A DNA stretch of 64,000 bases from Heteronotia binoei (taxonomy: Eukaryota), in the NCBI RefSeq assembly GCF_032191835.1, contig NC_083223.1:103168001-103232000 (forward strand), given 5' to 3'. Made by a program: the position numbers and the translations under genes. Positions 11,000 to 22,894 of the stretch are shown here, piece after piece. Below the pieces are notes generated by a model. That model made no database searches. It was not told the origin of the DNA and saw only the letters and a program-made list of their open reading frames with translations. How positions within the stretch are numbered: position 1 is the stretch's first letter; each line of letters starts with the position of its first letter.

Positions 11000-13190
11000 C
11001 TATAAGCTGTGGGACAATTCTTTTTGGATAAAGTCTTGCTCCTCTGTCAAGACTTGGTTGTCAGATTTAGAGACAATAGGAATCTCAGTCTGTGCAATTG
11101 GGTCCAATTTTTGACTCCTTCAACCAACTCTCCCAGGCAGATGTTTTATAGGGTCCTATTGTCTGTTCAGCCTACTACCTGCTCCTTGGATCCCTGCACT
11201 TCCTGATTGGTGAAAGCCTCCAGGGTAGGAGAAGACTAGGGAGGCATTATAAATCCTTCACTTTCCCTGGGCTCTTCCCCTAGTTCCCTCAAGGAGCAGT
11301 GGTGACACCCCTCCTGAAAAAAAAGTAATAATCAGATCAGCGGGACCTAGCCAACTACCGTGCAGTATCGCATCTTCCATTTTTGGGATAGGTGATTGAG
11401 CAAGCAGTGGCTGAACAGCTCCAGGAATTCCAGGATGAAACATCTGCCCTAAATCCCTTCCAATCCAGCTTCCAGCTGGGGTTTAAGACAGCTCTGGTTG
11501 ATAGTCTCCAATTACACCTTGATGCAGATGGGATGACAATATTGATCTTGTGGAATTTATCAGCTGCCTTTGACATAGTTGACTATTTGGCCGGGTCAAC
11601 TGGCTAGCCTTCCTGTGTGTGAGGGGCATGGCTTTGAGTTCTTCATTCTTCCAGGTTTGTCCCAGAGTGTAATTGTGGGCAGAGGCAGTTGCCACTGTGG
11701 GCTTTAACTTGTGGGGTTTCACAGGGTTCAGTTCTCTTCCCAATGTTATTTAACATCTATATGCACCTTCTAGCAGAGATTGTCAGAAAGTTTGCAGTGA
11801 GGTGCCATCAATATGCAGATGACACCCAGCTCTGCCTCTTATTTGAGAAGCAACTGGTAGCTGGAATCCTGGTCTTGGCTTCCTATCTGGATGCAGTGGT
11901 GGAATTGCTAGGTGAGAGCTGGTTGAGGCTAAGTCCATCTAAAACAAAGAGCATGTGGCTGAGGATGGCTGGACCACTGGGGCGGCCACTTCTACCAACC
12001 CTTGATAGGGTCCAAGTTTCTAAAGTTGACTTTTTCAGGAGTCTTGGGATATGACTTGATTATCTGCTCTTCATGACAAAAACCAACTAGATCCCCATCT
12101 GTCTGGGGCAGACCCTGCCACAGAAATTTACACAACAGTCACTTTGAGATGTGGTGTTGTGTGGAGCTGTGGTGCTCGAGAAGAATCTTGAGAGTCCCTC
12201 TGACTGCAAGAAGATCAAATCCGTCCTAAGGGAAATCAACCCTGACTGTTCCCTGGAAGGTCAGATGCTGAAGCTGAAGCTCAAATACTTTGGCCACCAA
12301 ATGAGAAGGGAGCACTCCCTGGAGAAGATCCTGATGCTGGGAAAGACAGAAGGCAAAAGAAGAAGGGGACCGCAAAAGATGAGTTGGTTGGACAGTGTTA
12401 CTGATGCAACTAACATAAATTTGAGCAGACTTTGGAGGATGGTGGAAGACAGGAGGGCCAGGCATGACTTGATCCATGGGGTTACAAAGAGTTGGACTCG
12501 ACTGTGCAACTGAACAACAACAAACACACTCTACACAGGGCTACCTCTGAAGATGCTTTGGAAACTACCAGAAAACAGCTGTCAGATTTCTGACATGAGT
12601 GTCTTAGTTGGGGCATATAACACTTATCTTATGGCAGCTGCACTGGCTCCCAGTTAGTTTTTGGTGCCAATTCAAAGTGTTGGTACTTACCTTGAAAACC
12701 CTAAACAGCCTGGGGTCCTAATACTTTTGGGACCCCGTCTCCCAGCATGATCCTTCCTGTCTTCTCCAATCTTCATTTCAAAATTTATTGAAGGCTCCTG
12801 GTTCATGAACTGTCTGCCTTGTGTCAACATAGGCAAGGGACATCTCAGTAGTGCCCCCCCCCCCATCCTGCGGAAAGTCTTGCTTCAGGGACTTCCCTAG
12901 GTTCCACAGGGCATACAAGGCTGATCTGTTTGGAGTGACCTTTGAGTGACTGTGTTCCACCAGACAGCTAGGAAATTATTTTTCAGCTGTATCTTCACCA
13001 CCCATTACATCCTACTCTGCTTGACAGTGAATAGCTTTTAACCAGGATAACCTTTAAATCATTGTATATATTTTTAAGTCTATTTATTGTATCTTTTGTA
13101 CTTTTTATTGGATGTATTTTATATGCTGTTAACCACCCTAAATCCCATTCAGGGGAGATGGATGGGAAATAAATTTGATAAATAAATAAA
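11000..13190 (+). mobile_element. Old L2-clade LINE, degenerate, interrupted by BovB
   Basis: TTCSLDPC, NPFQSSF, LSAAFDIVD, GVSQGSVLFPMLFNIYM, HQYADDTQL; the frame resumes after BovB (..LYTGLPLKML); (TAAA)n tail ends at 13190. Confidence 0.8.
12142..12523 (+). mobile_element. BovB (RTE) LINE 3' fragment
   Basis: LREINPDCSLEGQMLKLKLKYFGH..LEKILMLGKTEGKRRRG..HGVTKSWTRL and a ctgaacaacaacaa tail. Confidence 0.9.
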
Positions 13191-13551
13191 CATGAACATT
13201 ATCACTGAGTATGCCAAAACAAGTAGAAAGTTGTGTGGATGATAACACTGTATATAGGAGCAATGGTGAGTCTTATCAGGAGACTTAGTTCATTCTTCAT
13301 AGCATATCTAGCATCTTGTATGCCATCTGGTTAGAAGAGTGCACAAATTGACTGCAGGGAAATGGCCATCTGCTTTTGTCAATAAAGAAGTCACATGGAT
13401 TGCCTGAGGATTGATGCAAACCATTTGCAGTCCAGTGGATAAGAAAATGCCTTGCCTTGAGCATGAGCAAAGCATTTTGGGTTTTTAATTATTACATCAA
13501 AGGGAGGGGAAAAATACCACTTTGCATTATGCATCCAAGTAGTTGTAATTA

Positions 13552-13832
13552 AAAAGGTAGTCCCCCTGTGCAAGCACCAATCTTTTCTGACTCTGGGATG
13601 ACGTCGCATCACGACATTTTCACTGCAGACTTTTTACAGGTTGGTTTGCCATTGCCTTCACCAGTCATCTACATTCTCCCCACAGCAAGCTGGGTACTTA
13701 TTTTACCAACCTTGGAAGGATGGAAGGCTGAGTCAGCCTTGAGACAAAACCCAGCTTCCACCAGGATTGAACTCAGATCGTGAGCAGAGAGCTCGGCCTG
13801 CATTACTGCAGCTATACCACTCTGCACCACAG
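13552..13832 (-). mobile_element. Sauria SINE
   Basis: Minus strand has a tRNA-like head (gtggtgcagagtggta...gagttcaatcc), a ctcagccttccatccttcc core and a BovB-like tail ggtgcttgcacagggggactacc. Confidence 0.85.
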
Positions 13833-14098
13833 TGTGTAAACCCATTATTGGCTACTGCACTTCAAAGTGTCAGCTATAATACTTCAAAACTTTGTCATAG
13901 ACACTCTTCTCTGTCTGGTGCAAGATGACATTGGGTCTGAAACCTAAGAGTGTTTGTGCCTATTTGTCATTGTAGATCTGGAGCAATGTTTGAATTTTAA
14001 AATGGGTGGTGTTTGTGGCAGGATTCCTCAGTTTGGTGACTTTCTGTAGAAAGGAATGTTTTAGGGGGGGGGAGAATTAGCTGTGATATGGATTCTTT

Positions 14099-14130
<32 letters not shown>

Positions 14131-14886
14131 GTGTGTATGTATCTGCATCTGGAAGTCATGGTGATCACTGGTGACTGACTCCTACTGGGGGCCTGGGGGA
14201 TATTCAGAGAGGTGGCTAAAGAAAGCATGCCCATGTCCTCCAAAAAGCTGGTACTTCAAGGAGGTATCCCATCCATGTACTTGTCAGAGTTGACCCTGTT
14301 TAGCTTCCAAGATTTAATGAAATCAGGCTTGCCTGAGCTATCCAGGTCAGGGCAACTGTTATATCGATTCTGGAAAGCCTCTTTCACGTTTCAGCAGCAG
14401 GTGTTCATTTGAAGACACCTAGTTTGTTTGTTTGTTTTAGCTAACTTGTATTCCACCCTTTCCCACAAGGGGGCTCTGGGCAGAAAACAACATAGGTTAA
14501 GCAACAATGAAACTTACAATTAAAAACATAACAATACAAACCATAAATAAAAGTATGCACCACAGATGGCAGTTTCAGTTGTGCACATTCTACAGACAGT
14601 ATACTGATAGTCCAAAAAATGCAATAGATGGATGATGGTAGCAAGGAAGGTCAACAGATGGAATAGGACACCCTTTGCCTCAACCAAATGCCTGGCAGAA
14701 TAGCTCCATCTTAAAGGCCCTCCAAAATGGCAACAAATCAGAAAGGGCCTGGATCTCTATGGGGAGCTGATTCCACCAAGCCGGGGCCAAAAAGACCCTG
14801 GCCTGGTTGAGGCAAGCCAGACATCATTAGGGTTTGTAGAATCTTTCAGGCTCAAGTGCCGTGTTTTACTGGAGAAAGTTTTTCTT

Positions 14887-14927
14887 CCAGATGTTTCATT
14901 CTCAGCTGCGGAGAACATCCTCAGTGG
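14887..14927 (-). ncRNA. Mirror hammerhead motif on the minus strand with CpG-decayed stem II/III
   Basis: Minus strand cca-CTGAGGA-t-GTTCTC-cgcagct-GAGAAT-GAAA-CATC-tgg. Confidence 0.72.
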
Positions 14928-15026
14928 TGTTGCAGCTGGAGCAGGCGCTCTGACCTTCTTGGCTGCTGTGCACTCACTCAATGCACAGCAGCCAAGAAGG
15001 TCAGAGTGCCTGCTCCAGCTACAACG

Positions 15027-15067
15027 CCACTGAGGATGTTCTCCGCAGCTGAGAACGAAACGTCTGG
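15027..15067 (+). ncRNA. Minimal type I hammerhead ribozyme, intact core with GUC cleavage triplet
   Basis: cca-CTGAGGA-t-GTTCTC-cgcagct-GAGAAC-GAAA-CGTC-tgg: stem I CCA/TGG, 6-bp stem II, palindromic ACGT stem III, predicted cleavage after 15064. Confidence 0.82.
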
Positions 15068-16999
15068 AAGAAAAACTTTCTCCAGTAGAACATGGCACTT
15101 GAGCCCGAAAGATTCTACAAACTCTAATGATGATGCCAGCCGTGAAAACCTGAAATCTTTGATAAGCCAGACATCCTTTGAGCCAGGGACAGTCAGCAGA
15201 TGTTGAGAACCAGATTGTAATGCTCTCTGGGGCGCATATGGGGGAAGCGGTTCTGTAGGTATGTCAATCTCAGGCCGTGTAAGGCTTTAAATGTCAAAAC
15301 CAGAACCTTGAAGTGGATTCGGTACTCAACTGGTAGCCAGTGCAATTGGTACAGCACCGGCCAAATGCTTGCCTGCAAATGTAATGCAGTTAGCAGCTGA
15401 GCTGCTGCATTTTACACCAGCTGGAGTTTCCAGATCAGTTCCAAGGGCAAGCCTGCATACAGCAAGTTACATTAATCCAATCTGGAAGTAACCGATGCAT
15501 GGATCACTGTAGCCAAGTCCTGAGGGGACAGGTAGGGTGTCAGCTGTCTAACCTGCCAGAGATAGTAAAAGGCAGATCAGGCAACTGCTGTGACCTTGGC
15601 CTTCATGGAAAGTGAAGCATCCAGCATCACTCCCTAGCTCTTTACTTTCTGCGCTGGCACAAGAGATGCACCATCCAGGGTTGGGAGACAGATACCCTAT
15701 TCTAGTCCCCCCACCCAACTACAGGACCTCCATCTTAAATCAGTCAGCCTTGCTGCAGCCATCCAGCCACAGCTTCTAAAGCTAAGGTCAGATGATCTGA
15801 GGCACAGTCTGGGTGGCCATCCATCAACAGATAGAAATGGGTGTCATCCACCTACTGGTGACATCCCAGCCCAAAACCTCAGGCAATCTGAGCAAGAGGG
15901 CGCATATCGATGTTAAACATAATTGGCAAGAGAATAGCTTCCTGAGGCACACCACATTCAAGTGGGTGCCACTGGGAGATCTGCTCACCAAGTGCCACCC
16001 TTTGTCCCTGACCATGGAGAAAGGAGGAAAACCACTGTTAGGCAACTCCCTGAACTCCAATGTCAGCAAGGCGGTGGGTGGTTGGATCCTAGACAACCAT
16101 GTCAAACACTGCTGATAGGTCTAGAAGCATCAGCAGTGCTGACCTGCCTTGATCCAGATGCCTTCTGAAATCATCTGTGAGGACAACCAGGACAGTCTCC
16201 ATCCCATGACCAGGGCAGAAACAGGACTGAAAAGGGTCAAGGGTAGATGTATCCTCCAGAAAAGGTTAGAACTGCTCCACCACCGCTTTCTCAATTACTT
16301 TACCCCAGAAAAGGCAGTTTTGAAATTGGGCGGTAATTGGCTAGGATCATTGGATCCAAAGATGATTTCTTTAAAAGCAGATGAACCACTGTCTCTTTGA
16401 GCCTAGCTGGAAATGTTCCTGATGACACGGATATCAATATCAACCAAAGGGCCCGGAATGCCATCACCACTTGCTTTAACAAGCCAAGATGGACATGGAT
16501 CCAGAGGACAAGTGGTAGGCTTCACTGCAGCCAAAGTTATATGGAATGTGGAAAATGCACCTAAAATAGCCCCCTGTGGTAATCCAGAATGCCTCTTTGT
16601 CTGCACCAGGGAAAAAGGGATATTGCTATGCTTTTATATTTTAAAAAAACTGAGGTGAGCACCTACTGCATTGTTTATTGGAAGTCCCAACCTGTTGACC
16701 ATACTGACACATACTGTAGGACTGCTTTTAAGTCTCAGTTACAAAGGCAGGCTATGAATGATGTAAATACATAAAAATAAATTAAATAAATTAAGCTAAA
16801 TTTATTGGCATAGGCAGGTAACTTCAAGTGGACAACTTCCAGCATAGCAAATTAACTTGAATTTAAACCAAACATTAAATTTTAAAAACCTACTAATAGT
16901 AATTATGTTTGAAATGGTAGCTGAGTTTTTGATTGTGTGTTAATTATAAGTCGGAAAGTAAATTTGTGCCATTTTCCCTACCTACATATCATAAAGTAT

Positions 17000-17234
17000 A
17001 AGAAGAAGGAGGAGTTGGTTTTTATACCCCACTCTTCACTACCCAAAGGAGACTCAGAGTGGCATACAATTGCATTCCCTTCCTCTCCCTACAAGACACC
17101 CTGTGAGGTATATGGGGCTGAGAAAACTGTGACTGACCCAAAACCACCAAGCTGGTTTCATGTGGTGGAGCAGGGAATCAAACCCAGTTCTCCAGATTAG
17201 GCTCTGCTGCTTTAACCACTATACCATGCTGGCT
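17000..17234 (-). mobile_element. Squam3-like SINE
   Basis: Reverse complement has the head agccagcatggtatagtggttaaag, a gagaactgggtttgattcc B-box region and a (CTT)n tail. Confidence 0.85.
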
Positions 17235-17589
17235 TTCAGGGACCCAAAAGGACTTGTGGGAGACATCCCATTTTCCCTTCCTCCAATATTTCTTTTCCCC
17301 TGATTTCTTCTCTCTTTCCCATCCTCCAGCCAACCTATCTTTATCTGCATCTCTTTCTTCAACTTTCCTTTACACTGGCTTTCATCAGATGGCTGCTGTT
17401 GAGTACTAGCAAGCAGCCAGGCCTGGGTGAACCATGCAAGTAGTGTGGTAACAAGTCACCTGTTGGTTGCTGATGGGCATGACCCCGTTAAGTCCTCCCT
17501 GAAAAGCCAAAACATCCCTGGAAATGGACCTGACCCTCCCTCTTCCCTTTTCCTGACAAAAACCAAGGCTTTGAAGCCTGTCTATACTG

Positions 17590-17700
17590 ATGTGTTTGCC
17601 TAGCAAAGGCCATTGAGGGCATCCCTTTCTTAAAGGCCCGCCTTGGTGGGGTAGGGCGGGATATAAGTCAAATAAAATAAATAAAAAATAAATAAATAAA
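17590..17700 (+). mobile_element. L2 3' tail fragment
   Basis: gggtagggcgggatataagtcaaataaaataaataaa tail as in the other L2 copies. Confidence 0.6.
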
Positions 17701-18559
17701 GCTACTGGCATTCCTTTTATTTATTTTTTTAACATTTCAGATTTTTCTGCAAACCTGAAGTTTTTCTCAGGTTTGTAGGAAGATCTATCTTGCATATTTC
17801 TCTGGATGTAAATATTCACAGATGGAGCCACTCTGGCAATTAGATGTATTGATGAAGAACTGCACCCAGAGGCGTCGTCAATGGCATTTCATCCAACTGG
17901 AGGGAGATGTACTTGTGATACCACAGGGCGTTGCTCTGAGCCGAACCTTTTCAATATTTTTATAAATGATCTGGATGAGGTAGTGGAAGGACTACTCATT
18001 ACATTGGCAGATGACTCCAAATTGGGAGGAGTAGCCCACACACCAGAAAACAGAGATGGAACTCAACGACATCTGAACACACTGGAAAAGTGGACAAATG
18101 TGCATTAAGATGCAATTCAACAAGGATAAGTGTAGAGTTCTACATCTAGGTAACAAACATGGGATGCACACATACGGGATGGGGGACACACATTTTGGTA
18201 GCAGTGTGTGTGAACAAGATCTTGGGATAGGGATAGACTGTATGCTAAATGTGAGCAGTCAGTGTGTTGCAGCAGCAACAAAGACAATGTGATCTCAGGG
18301 TATATCAACAGAGGCATAACATTCAAACTGCAAGATGTCATAGTCCTGCTGTACCTCACATTGGTCAGGTCACAGCTGGAGTACTGTGTGTATTTCTGGA
18401 GGCCTCACTTCAAAAAGAACGTGGACAAAATGGCATTGGGCGCAGAGGAGAGCAACAAAGATGACCAGGGGCCTGCAGAGCAAGCCCTATAAGGGAAAAC
18501 TGTGGAGGAGATTGAGAGGAGACAGGATCGCTCTCCTTAAGTGTTTGAAAGGCTGTTCA

Positions 18560-18737
18560 CAGGGCCGGATCTAGAGGGGGGTGCTTGCCCCAGGCGCCGA
18601 CGAAGGGGGGGGCAAATTGGGTATGGAGTCCATTGTATTCTATGGGACCATAAGACAGAATGGCCCATAAGGGTGTGTCATTTTTTTAATCCCCCCCCCC
18701 CAAAAAAAAAACACAACAACATGTAGATCCAGTCCTG
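18560..18737. mobile_element. hAT-type MITE (178 bp)
   Basis: TIRs CAGGGCCGGATCTA / TAGATCCAGTCCTG with exact 8-bp TSD GCTGTTCA (18552-18559, 18738-18745). Confidence 0.85.
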
Positions 18738-18869
18738 GCTGTTCATGTTGGTATCAGAGAATAAGACTCACAATAATGGGTTTAAATTACAGGTGTAAAG
18801 AAACTAGCTGGATAATGGGGGGGGGGGGGGGGAATACACAAAGAGTAGTTCAGCAGTGGAACTGGCTGC

Positions 18870-18970
18870 ACAGGGAGCAGGGAGCAAAAACCCCAGCACC
18901 TTCACACATACTGGCCCATGAAAAAATTGTCTTCCACGAAACCTTGTGTCAAAAAGGTTGGGAGCCACTG
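18870..18970. mobile_element. hAT-Charlie-like MITE fragment in CR1
   Basis: Ends aaaaaggttgggagccactg, a typical Charlie-like TIR; the other end is decayed. Confidence 0.5.
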
Positions 18971-19873
18971 TTTTAGGCTGATCCTGTATTGGGCAAGGGG
19001 TTAGCCTGTATGGCCCATTTCAACTCTATGATTCTATATTCCCTCCTCCTACAAGTTCCAGGCTTTCTGGAACTTTCTAGGCTTTCAAATAATACACCAC
19101 TTTCTATTGCAAGCTTTCTACTCAACCAGCTTCATTTTGTAACTGATATAACATGCCAATTTTTGATGTGGTGGGCATTAAGGAACTGCTAACTCTTTTA
19201 TAACATTTGTAATCATCAGTTATTTGCTAAGTAGGCAAAACTATAGTAATCAATAATCAAGTCAGCTAAATTCCTAAAATCACATCCAGGAATGCTTTGT
19301 TAGATTCCCTTCAAGAATCACCTTCCCTCAGTCCTTAGTGAAACAGAAGGCACTCCGATGGTATTTCCTACCTTTTGATCATCTTCAGCAGCTTCTACAG
19401 GGTTGGTGACAGTTTGAGCTATAGTGCCTGCAGCAGTGAAAGTGCATAATACTCTGTAGATTTTTTATTAAAAAATTAAGTTAGTGCCTAAGCATCCAGA
19501 ACATGATTACAACATGACTTGAGGCATTTAGCTGGAAAGTGGTCTGTGCTGAAAATGGGGCCCTTTTAAGCTACAATGGGAGAAGGAAGCTTACTCTGTT
19601 GACAGAAGTCATTTCATTAGTGAAAATGTTTCATAGGATCCAAGCTTTCTCATTTTAGCATTCCAACCATTTATGAATATGATTAAGCTAAGGGAGAGTG
19701 ACTGCACAAGGTCACTCAAGAAGGGCCAAACTAGACATGATGAGCAGGACCCATGCCTAAATGTTCAGTAACTGAATCTTGCCATCCTCCTTGACTTTCC
19801 TCTCAGTATGACAATGAATTGAGCACTTTTTTCCAGAGCAGGACACTTTCCATATCAGAGGTGAGCTAGAGGG

Positions 19874-20148
19874 AAGAAGAAGACGACGTTGGATTTATAC
19901 CTCACCTCCACGCCGAATCTCAGAGTGGCTCACAATCTCCTTTATCTTCCTCCCCCACAACAGACACCCTGTGTGGTATGTAGGGCTGAGAGAGCTCTCA
20001 CAGAAGCTGCCCTTTCAAGGACAACTCTTGAGGGAGCTATGGCTAACCCAAGGCCATTTTAGCAGCTGCAAGTGGAGGAGTGGGGAATCAAACCCAGTTC
20101 TCCCAGATAATAGTCTGCACATATAACCACTACACCAAACTGGCTCTC
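19874..20148 (-). mobile_element. Squam3-like SINE (same subfamily as 5663-5936)
   Basis: Near reverse complement of the 5663 copy, including the agctgccctttcaaggacaactc segment. Confidence 0.87.
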
Positions 20149-20248
20149 TTCTAAGAGGAATCCTTAGAAAAGTACTCCATTGTATTAAATAATGGGGTCC
20201 TCCTCACCTTAGAAATAAAAAAAAAAATTATATACACACACACACAGA

Positions 20249-20513
20249 GACCGTTTTCGCACACAGCTTACCTCGCAGTCACAATCCTGTTCCCTTCGCA
20301 GCGTCTGTCGGATTTCCCACCATCTGCGCCAGAGTTACAGGAAGTGCTGCGGCTTTTGCGTAGCAAATGTAAACTGGGTTTTAGCGGTTTACGTTTGCTA
20401 CGCAAAAGCTGCGGCACTTCCTGTAACTTTGGCGCAGATGGTGGGAAATCTGACCAAACACTGCGGAGGGAACAGGATTGTGACTGCGAGGTGAGCTGTG
20501 TGCGAAAACAGTC
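20249..20513. mobile_element. Fully palindromic MITE (possibly PIF/Harbinger-like)
   Basis: GACCGTTTTCGCACACAGC...GCTGTGTGCGAAAACAGTC; the arms pair over ~125 bp; no clean TSD. Confidence 0.75.
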
Positions 20514-21769
20514 ATAGATTCCCTTTTTGTGTTTGATTTGGTCTTGAGCTTCATGACTCTGTGAAGGGATCTGAATGCTCCCCATTCCAGACCACAGTCT
20601 AAACACTACACCATAGTGTCTGTGGATATGTTAAATGCTGATATATCTGTATCCTTATTGGAACCTATATTGAATCCAGGAGAATGGCATGTACTCCAAA
20701 AGAGTTAAAGATCTGCCCATAATCCTGAAGGGAGCACTTATTCATAGGTTGCAATTGTTCTCAGGTACTTTTCTTCCACAGTTTCTTTTGCACAATTTGC
20801 CCCTACAGGAAGATGGCATTATTTACACTATCACAAGCTGAAAACCCCATTGACAAGGACTTCTGCCTCTGTGTGTGCTAAGTGGTGTCAATTCATCTCT
20901 AACTCATGGCAACCCTATGAATTAATTGCTTTATAACATTGCTGCCCTTTTCCCTCTGTCACACACAGGATTTTCCCTTCTACTTTCTTGCTGAGCAGCC
21001 CCTTTTCTCTGAACATTTTGGGCATGAGGCCTGCTCATCATGTCTAATTTGGCCCTTTTTGTTTGTCTGCAGCTGTCCCACCCATTCATTTTATTTTGTA
21101 TATGTTTATATATTCTCTCAGGTAACTGAGGGAAGAGAAAAAATCACTTTCTTACAATTTGCTTTTGAAATGGCACATAAAAGGCTTTTGAAAATTCAAA
21201 ATAAACAAAATGTTTTATTTAACTTGGAGGATAAAAGATCAGATGAAATCAGGTGTAGGATGTATGAGGTTGAACAGTTAACAGAGGTTAACTTTATATT
21301 CACATAAACACCAGAATTTGTTGCCAACAAGTAAGAGGTTCTGCTATTCAACAAGGTCCTTAAAACTTTGAGGAGAGAGGCTTTCTTTTCAGATTCTGCT
21401 TGGACATTCCACCATAGGTTTCTGAGTTTTACCAACATGTAATGTTTAGAAAGCAGGAACATACGACCAAGTTCTAAAATCCTTCTTTATACATAAACCA
21501 GAGACTGCTCCTCTTTTCTAGAAACTATTCCACTTCTTACCTGGGCAGGGATCACTTCTCTTTACCAGAAGCTATTCCCCCTTTCTTTTCTTTGTTTTAA
21601 CTTTAATGAGGATCCTCCTTGATTCACTCGCTCTTTTAGCCTCTTTACTAGTCCACAGTCAGTGCTTAACTGACTTCAACTGCCAGTTTCCAACTATCAT
21701 TCTTTAACTGACTTTCTCAACAGAATTACATTTGAGTAGCCTGTCACACAAAGGTTCTCAGACTCTGTT

Positions 21770-22245
21770 AAGCATTAACCCTTGACGGTCCTTCACAGAC
21801 CTCCAAAACACTATCATTAACAGCCATGTTCAGGTCTGCAAACTGAGAGCTGTAGCTTCCTTGATTGAGACAAGCCATCTCAAGTTGGGTCTTTCTCTTT
21901 TCCTGCTGCCTTCAACTTTTCCTAGCATTATTGTCTTTTCCATTAACTCTTGTCTTCGCATAATGTTTTCACAGTATAATAGCCTCAGTTTAGCCATTTT
22001 AGCTTCTAAGGAGAGTTCAGGCTTGATCTGATCTAGAACCTAGTTATTTGTCTTTTTAACAGTTCACGGTATCTGTAAAACTTTCATCCAACACCACATT
22101 GCAAAAGAATCAACTTTTTCCCAGTCATTGTCCAACTTTCACATCCATATATAGTGATTGGGAACATTATGCCATAAATTATCTTAATCTTGGTCACCAC
22201 ACCAGGGCCATATCCTTAAATTTAAGAATCTTTTTCTAGCTCTTT
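21770..22245 (-). mobile_element. RTE-clade LINE 3' fragment, degenerate
   Basis: Minus strand encodes GCESWT....KVDSFAMWCW and KLRLLYCENIMRRQ.LMEKTIMLGKVEGSRKRERP.LRWL. Confidence 0.75.
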
Positions 22246-22797
22246 CTTGAGAAGGGCAGCTTAATTTTTGCCAAAACTTCTCTTTTAAGTGGTCTTTATG
22301 TCTTAAAAACACTATGCATAAACCCTCTGTTGCATCCAAACCATCTGCCCTCTAGAGCTGTCGTTTCCTCCAGGGGAAGAGATATCTTTTGTCTGTTGTA
22401 TTTCCAACAAAATTCCAGACTCCACTTTGAGATTAAATCTAAATTAAGTTGAGATTACTACAGAGCAGACCGTGAAGACATATGTTTAACTCCAACAAAA
22501 CACAGTGCCAAATCAAGGTGAAGTGAGTAGAACCAAATATGGGGTTACAGGCAGGGCAATTAACTTTCTTGAGTTTATTCACAAATTCAAAGCAATGGAC
22601 CCTGCCCCAGGACCTGAACAGGAACATAGGATTCTGATCTCACCACAGATGCTAATTTTCTGCCCCTAAGCATTTCTCCCCTGCCCTAATCAAGCTGATT
22701 GCATTGTGCATTGTTATCTTTGATCCTGACTGCTTTCTCTGCAGCACCTCTCCCAAATTCTGACTGGGATATCTATTCCTATCTATATCTGGCTTTT

Positions 22798-22894
22798 GAA
22801 TGCTTATATCCAGAAAATCTTGTTGATCTCTAAGTTGCTAAGAGATTGAATTTAGCTCCTACATTGCAGACCAGCATCCTTACTTTCTGAAACT
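22798..22894 (+). mobile_element. Decayed Penelope-like pLTR end
   Basis: gaatgcttatatccagaaaatcttgttgatctctaagttgct...gcagaccagc...ctgaaact parallels the other pLTR ends. Confidence 0.55.

Larger units (their letters stand above)
14826..15163 (+). mobile_element. Miniature Penelope-derived fold-back element
   Basis: 151-bp inverted arms 14822-14972 / 14982-15132 with a 9-nt loop and 9 mismatches (all transitions). 31-nt unpaired tail at 15133-15163. 12-bp TSD AAGCCAGACATC at 14814-14825 and 15164-15175. Confidence 0.85.
14423..16600 (-). mobile_element. L2-clade LINE (minus strand), interrupted by a Penelope fold-back
   Basis: Minus-strand ORF remnants TTCPLDPCPSWLVKAS, ANYRPISKLPFLG, LHWLPVEYRIHFKVLVLTFKALHG; (CAAA)n tail at 14423. 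Confidence 0.85.
17835..19038 (+). mobile_element. CR1 LINE 3' portion with two DNA-transposon insertions
   Basis: PNLFNIFINDLDE, LADDSKLGG, MQFNKDKCRVLHLG, LVRSQLEYCV.FW.PHFKK, and the CR1 tail caactctatgattctat near 19020. Confidence 0.88.

Noticed and set aside
14757-15206. Two similar minus-strand ORFs (113 and 116 aa) suggesting a gene duplication
   Set aside because: Artefact of the perfect palindrome; no coding features.
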